From a virus (taxonomy: Duplodnaviria > Heunggongvirae > Uroviricota > Caudoviricetes), in IMG/VR virus record IMGVR_UViG_3300045988_130236: DNA of 18,664 nt. One strand, 5' to 3'. Under the pieces are notes generated by a model. The model was not told the origin of the DNA. It saw only the letters and a program-made list of their open reading frames with translations, and made no database searches. This document shows, one piece after another, positions 15,384-18,664 of this stretch (the first letter of the stretch is position 1; every line of letters starts with the position of its first letter). The translations under genes and the position numbers were made by a program.

Positions 15384-16292
15384 ATGCCGATTATCGACCT
15401 GAACCAGCTACCCGCACCGGATGTGGTCGAGGAGCTGGACTTTGAAACCATTCTCGCTGAACGCAAGGCGACACTGATTTCCCTTTACCCGGAAGACCAG
15501 CAGGAGGCGGTCGCCCGTACCCTGACGCTGGAATCTGAGCCTCTCGTCAAACTGCTGGAGGAAAATGCTTATCGTGAGCTTATCTGGCGTCAGCGTGTGA
15601 ATGAGGCCGCACGGGCGGTGATGCTGGCCTGTGCCGCCGGTAATGACCTTGATGTGATTGGTGCCAATTACAACACCACGCGCCTGATTATCACCCCGGA
15701 AGATGATTCGACCATTCCGCCGACACCGGCAGTGATGGAATCTGACACCGATTATCGTCTGCGTATTCAGCAGGCGTTTGAGGGCTTAAGCGTCGCCGGG
15801 TCGGTGGGAGCCTATCAGTATCATGGTCGCAGTGCTGACGGGCGTGTCGCGGATATCTCTGTCACCAGTCCGTCTCCGGCCTGCGTCACTATCTCCGTGC
15901 TGTCACGTGAAAATAACGGCGTCGCATCCGAAGACCTGCTGGCCGTGGTGCGTAACGCCCTTAATGGCGAGGACGTCAGGCCGGTGGCCGACCGAGTGAC
16001 CGTGCAGTCTGCCGCCATTGTTGAATATCAGATAAACGCCACGCTTTACCTTTACCCAGGTCCTGAAAGCGAACCCATCCGCGCTGCTGCCGTGAAAAAA
16101 CTGGAAGCGTACATCACGGCACAGCACCGGCTGGGGCGCGACATCCGTCTGTCTGCCATTTATGCCGCTTTGCATGTGGAAGGCGTGCAGCGTGTCGAGC
16201 TGACTGCACCACTGGCCGACATCGTGCTCAACAGTACGCAGGCGTCTTTCTGCACCGAATACAGCGTCGTGACCGGAGGCTCGGATGAGTGA
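15384..16292 (+). CDS. J: Baseplate protein (P2 gpJ-like)
   Basis: 302 aa; size and position match P2 J. Confidence 0.9.
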   Translation: MPIIDLNQLPAPDVVEELDFETILAERKATLISLYPEDQQEAVARTLTLESEPLVKLLEENAYRELIWRQRVNEAARAVMLACAAGNDLDVIGANYNTTRLIITPEDDSTIPPTPAVMESDTDYRLRIQQAFEGLSVAGSVGAYQYHGRSADGRVADISVTSPSPACVTISVLSRENNGVASEDLLAVVRNALNGEDVRPVADRVTVQSAAIVEYQINATLYLYPGPESEPIRAAAVKKLEAYITAQHRLGRDIRLSAIYAALHVEGVQRVELTAPLADIVLNSTQASFCTEYSVVTGGSDE

Positions 16293-16896
16293 TTCGCGCC
16301 TGCTGCCGACCGGCTCATCACCGCTTGAAGTCGCCGCCGCAAGCGCCTGTGCGGAAATTGAAAAAACGCCGGTCAGTATTCGTGAGCTGTGGAACCCGGA
16401 TACCTGTCCGGCAAATCTGCTGCCGTGGCTGGCGTGGTCATTTTCGGTTGACCGCTGGGATGATAAGTGGCCGGAAGCGACAAAACGCGCTGTTATCCGC
16501 GATGCCTATTTCATTCACTGCCATAAGGGCACTATAGGCGCAATCCGTCGTGTGGTGGAGCCGCTCGGCTATCTGATTGAGGTGAGGGAGTGGTGGCAGC
16601 TCAACGAGGAGCCGGGGACGTTCCGCATCGTTGTTGGCGTGCTTGAGCAGGGTATTACCGAGGAAATGTATCAGGAGCTGGAGCGCCTCGTTGCTGATGC
16701 AAAACCGGCAAGCCGCCATCTGACGGGACTGGCTATCAGTTTAAGTACAACCGGCAACATTTTTGCCGGTGCGGGATGCTATCACGGTGACGCCCTGACG
16801 GTTTATCCCTACACCCCGGAGGCCATTATTGTCGGAGGGGATTATTTCCCGGCCTCGGCCATTCATTTAATTGATAACCTGAGAGTAAACGCATGA
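16285..16896 (+). CDS. I: Baseplate protein (P2 gpI-like)
   Basis: 203-aa ORF overlapping the J stop and the H start. Longer than my recollection of P2 I (~176 aa), so the start may differ. Confidence 0.8.
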   Translation: MSDSRLLPTGSSPLEVAAASACAEIEKTPVSIRELWNPDTCPANLLPWLAWSFSVDRWDDKWPEATKRAVIRDAYFIHCHKGTIGAIRRVVEPLGYLIEVREWWQLNEEPGTFRIVVGVLEQGITEEMYQELERLVADAKPASRHLTGLAISLSTTGNIFAGAGCYHGDALTVYPYTPEAIIVGGDYFPASAIHLIDNLRVNA

Positions 16897-18035
16897 CAGT
16901 GAAATACTACGCCATTCTGACTAATCAGGGCGCGGCACGGCTGGCTAACGCGACGATGCTCGGCAGTAAGCTGAATCTGACGCAAATGGCCGTTGGTGAT
17001 GCGAATGGTGTCTTGCCGACACCAGACCCGGCACAGACAAAACTGATTAACCAGAAACGCATCGCGCCGCTGAATCTTCTGAGTGTTGACCCGAACAACC
17101 AGAGCCAGATTATTGCGGAGCAAATCATCCCTGAGAACGAGGGCGGATTCTGGATCCGTGAGATTGGGCTTTATGATGATGAAGGCGTACTCATTGCGGT
17201 GGCGAACTGCCCGGAAACGTACAAACCGCAGTTGCAGGAAGGCAGTGGTCGTACCCAGACTATCCGCATGATTCTGGTTGTCACGAATACCGAAGCTATC
17301 ACGCTGAAAATCGACCCGTCGGTGGTACTGGCAACCCGTAAATACGTGGATGATGAAGTCCTGGAATTAAAGCTGTATGTGGATGACCAGATGAGAAACC
17401 ACATTGCCGCACAGGATCCTCATACCCAGTATGCGCAGAAACATAATCCGACATTTACCGGAGAACCAAAAGCGCCGACGCCTGCCGCAGGAAATAACAC
17501 CACGCGGATTGCGACCACTGAGTTTGTTCAGGCCGCTATTACCGCTCTGATTAACGGTGCGCCAGCCACACTGGACACACTGAAAGAAATTGCCGCGGCC
17601 ATTAACAATGACCCGAAATTCAGCACCACCATTAACAATGCGCTGTCAGGTAAGCAGCCACTGGATGAGACGCTGACTCATTTGAGCGGAAAGGATGTTG
17701 CTGGTCTTCTCGCATACCTTGGTTTGGGAGAAGCGGCAAAACGGAATGTAGGTAACGGGCAAAACCAAATTCCGGATATGGCGGCATTTGCCAGTTCACT
17801 TTCATCAACGGGTTTTCAAAAACTCCCTTCAGGTCTGATTATTCAGTGGGGTATTGTCAGTGGAGCATCAAACTATACGGTGACTTACCCGGTAACATTC
17901 CCAAATCGTTCACTTGCGCTGTTGGCTGTGCCACATACAACGTCGGTGGCTGGTATATCTGCAATGGGCATAGCGAACTGTTCTGATATCAGCAAATCAC
18001 AGTTCTATATAATTGTTGGCGGTATATCTCAGTAG
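16893..18035 (+). CDS. H: Tail fibre protein (P2 gpH-like), 3' end interrupted by IS2; stop codon supplied by the IS2 terminus
   Basis: 380 aa. The N-terminal ~150 aa have the conserved gpH baseplate-attachment pattern ([22 protein letters not shown]...YKP...EGSGR). The C-terminal part contains a fibre-tip-like motif ([11 protein letters not shown]). The ORF ends at a TAG (18033-18035) that is the first three bases of the IS2 left end. Confidence 0.85.
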   Translation: MTVKYYAILTNQGAARLANATMLGSKLNLTQMAVGDANGVLPTPDPAQTKLINQKRIAPLNLLSVDPNNQSQIIAEQIIPENEGGFWIREIGLYDDEGVLIAVANCPETYKPQLQEGSGRTQTIRMILVVTNTEAITLKIDPSVVLATRKYVDDEVLELKLYVDDQMRNHIAAQDPHTQYAQKHNPTFTGEPKAPTPAAGNNTTRIATTEFVQAAITALINGAPATLDTLKEIAAAINNDPKFSTTINNALSGKQPLDETLTHLSGKDVAGLLAYLGLGEAAKRNVGNGQNQIPDMAAFASSLSSTGFQKLPSGLIIQWGIVSGASNYTVTYPVTFPNRSLALLAVPHTTSVAGISAMGIANCSDISKSQFYIIVGGISQ

Positions 18036-18123
18036 ACTGGCCCCCTGAATCTCCAGACAACCAGTATCACTTAAATAAGTGATAGTCTTAATACTAGTTT
18101 TTAGACTAGTCATTGGAGAACAG

Positions 18124-18489
18124 ATGATTGATGTCTTAGGGCCGGAGAAACGCAGACGGCGTACCACACAGGAAAAGATCGCAATTGTTCAGCAGAGCTT
18201 TGAACCGGGGATGACGGTCTCCCTCGTTGCCCGGCAACATGGTGTAGCAGCCAGCCAGTTATTTCTCTGGCGTAAGCAATACCAGGAAGGAAGTCTTACT
18301 GCTGTCGCCGCCGGAGAACAGGTTGTTCCTGCCTCTGAACTTGCTGCCGCCATGAAGCAGATTAAAGAACTCCAGCGCCTGCTCGGCAAGAAAACGATGG
18401 AAAATGAACTCCTCAAAGAAGCCGTTGAATATGGACGGGCAAAAAAGTGGATAGCGCACGCGCCCTTATTGCCCGGGGATGGGGAGTAA
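18124..18489 (+). CDS. insC: IS2 transposase OrfA (InsC), HTH DNA-binding protein
   Basis: 121 aa from the ATG at 18124 with SD ggaga upstream; the ORF-track start at 18079 is an extension. Confidence 0.92.
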
Positions 18490-18664
18490 GCTTAGTCAGC
18501 CGTTGTCTCCGGGTGTCGCGTGCGCAGTTGCACGTCATTCTCAGACGAACCGATGACTGGATGGATGGCCGCCGCAGTCGTCACACTGATGATACGGATG
18601 TGCTTCTCCGTATACACCATGTTATCGGAGAGCTGCCCACGTATGGTTATCGTCGGGTATGGGC
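18447..18664 (+). CDS. insD: IS2 transposase OrfB (InsD), 5' part; expressed by -1 frameshift from InsC; truncated by window end
   Basis: Reading the -1 frame from the aaaaaag slip site gives [41 protein letters not shown]..., the N-terminus of the IS2 DDE transposase. Confidence 0.85.

Larger units (their letters stand above)
18033..18664 (+). mobile_element. IS2: IS2 (IS3 family), left ~630 bp; continues beyond the window
   Basis: Left terminus tagactggccccctgaatctccagacaacc..., then InsC ([26 protein letters not shown]...), the A6G slippery site (18441-18447) and the InsD reading frame; recognised as IS2 from memory. Confidence 0.93.

Noticed and set aside
8492-16719. Antisense or alternate-frame ORFs across the late operons (for example 8492-8950 minus, 10270-10869 minus, 10917-11276 minus, 11161-11571 minus, 12493-12894 minus, 14178-14702 minus, 14654-15094 minus, 15903-16175 minus, 16438-16719 minus)
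   Set aside because: Same reasoning: they overlap tightly packed, translationally coupled phage genes with conserved products. lysC is the only embedded gene kept, because it has a lipoprotein signal and a known P2 precedent.
1-18664. CRISPR arrays, tRNA/rRNA genes, integrase or an attachment site
   Set aside because: No regularly spaced repeats with unique spacers and no cloverleaf-like tRNA candidates were seen. The P2 int/att region lies on the other side of gene A and is outside this window.

Overview
This window reads as a contiguous stretch of a P2-like (Peduovirus-type) prophage in an enterobacterial genome, called by recognising the protein products and gene order; no database search was possible. 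It runs from the 3' two-thirds of replication gene A, through a low-GC cargo island, the cos site, the leftward portal/terminase genes Q and P, and the rightward late operons O-N-M-L-X-Y-K-lysA-lysB-lysC-R-S and V-W-J-I-H. The tail-fibre gene H is cut by an IS2 insertion that fills the last ~630 bp. The cargo island (about 1838-4964) sits where P2 carries tin and old, the known anti-phage hotspot between gene A and cos. It holds three AT-rich ORFs that resemble neither: a small multi-pass membrane protein (+), and a two-gene minus-strand operon encoding an unknown ~15-20 kDa protein followed by a 363-aa metallo-beta-lactamase-fold (ComEC-like) predicted nuclease. This is the best candidate for an uncharacterised defence system. 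The island is bounded on the left by a degenerate direct repeat of the gene A 3' end, which looks like a recombination scar.
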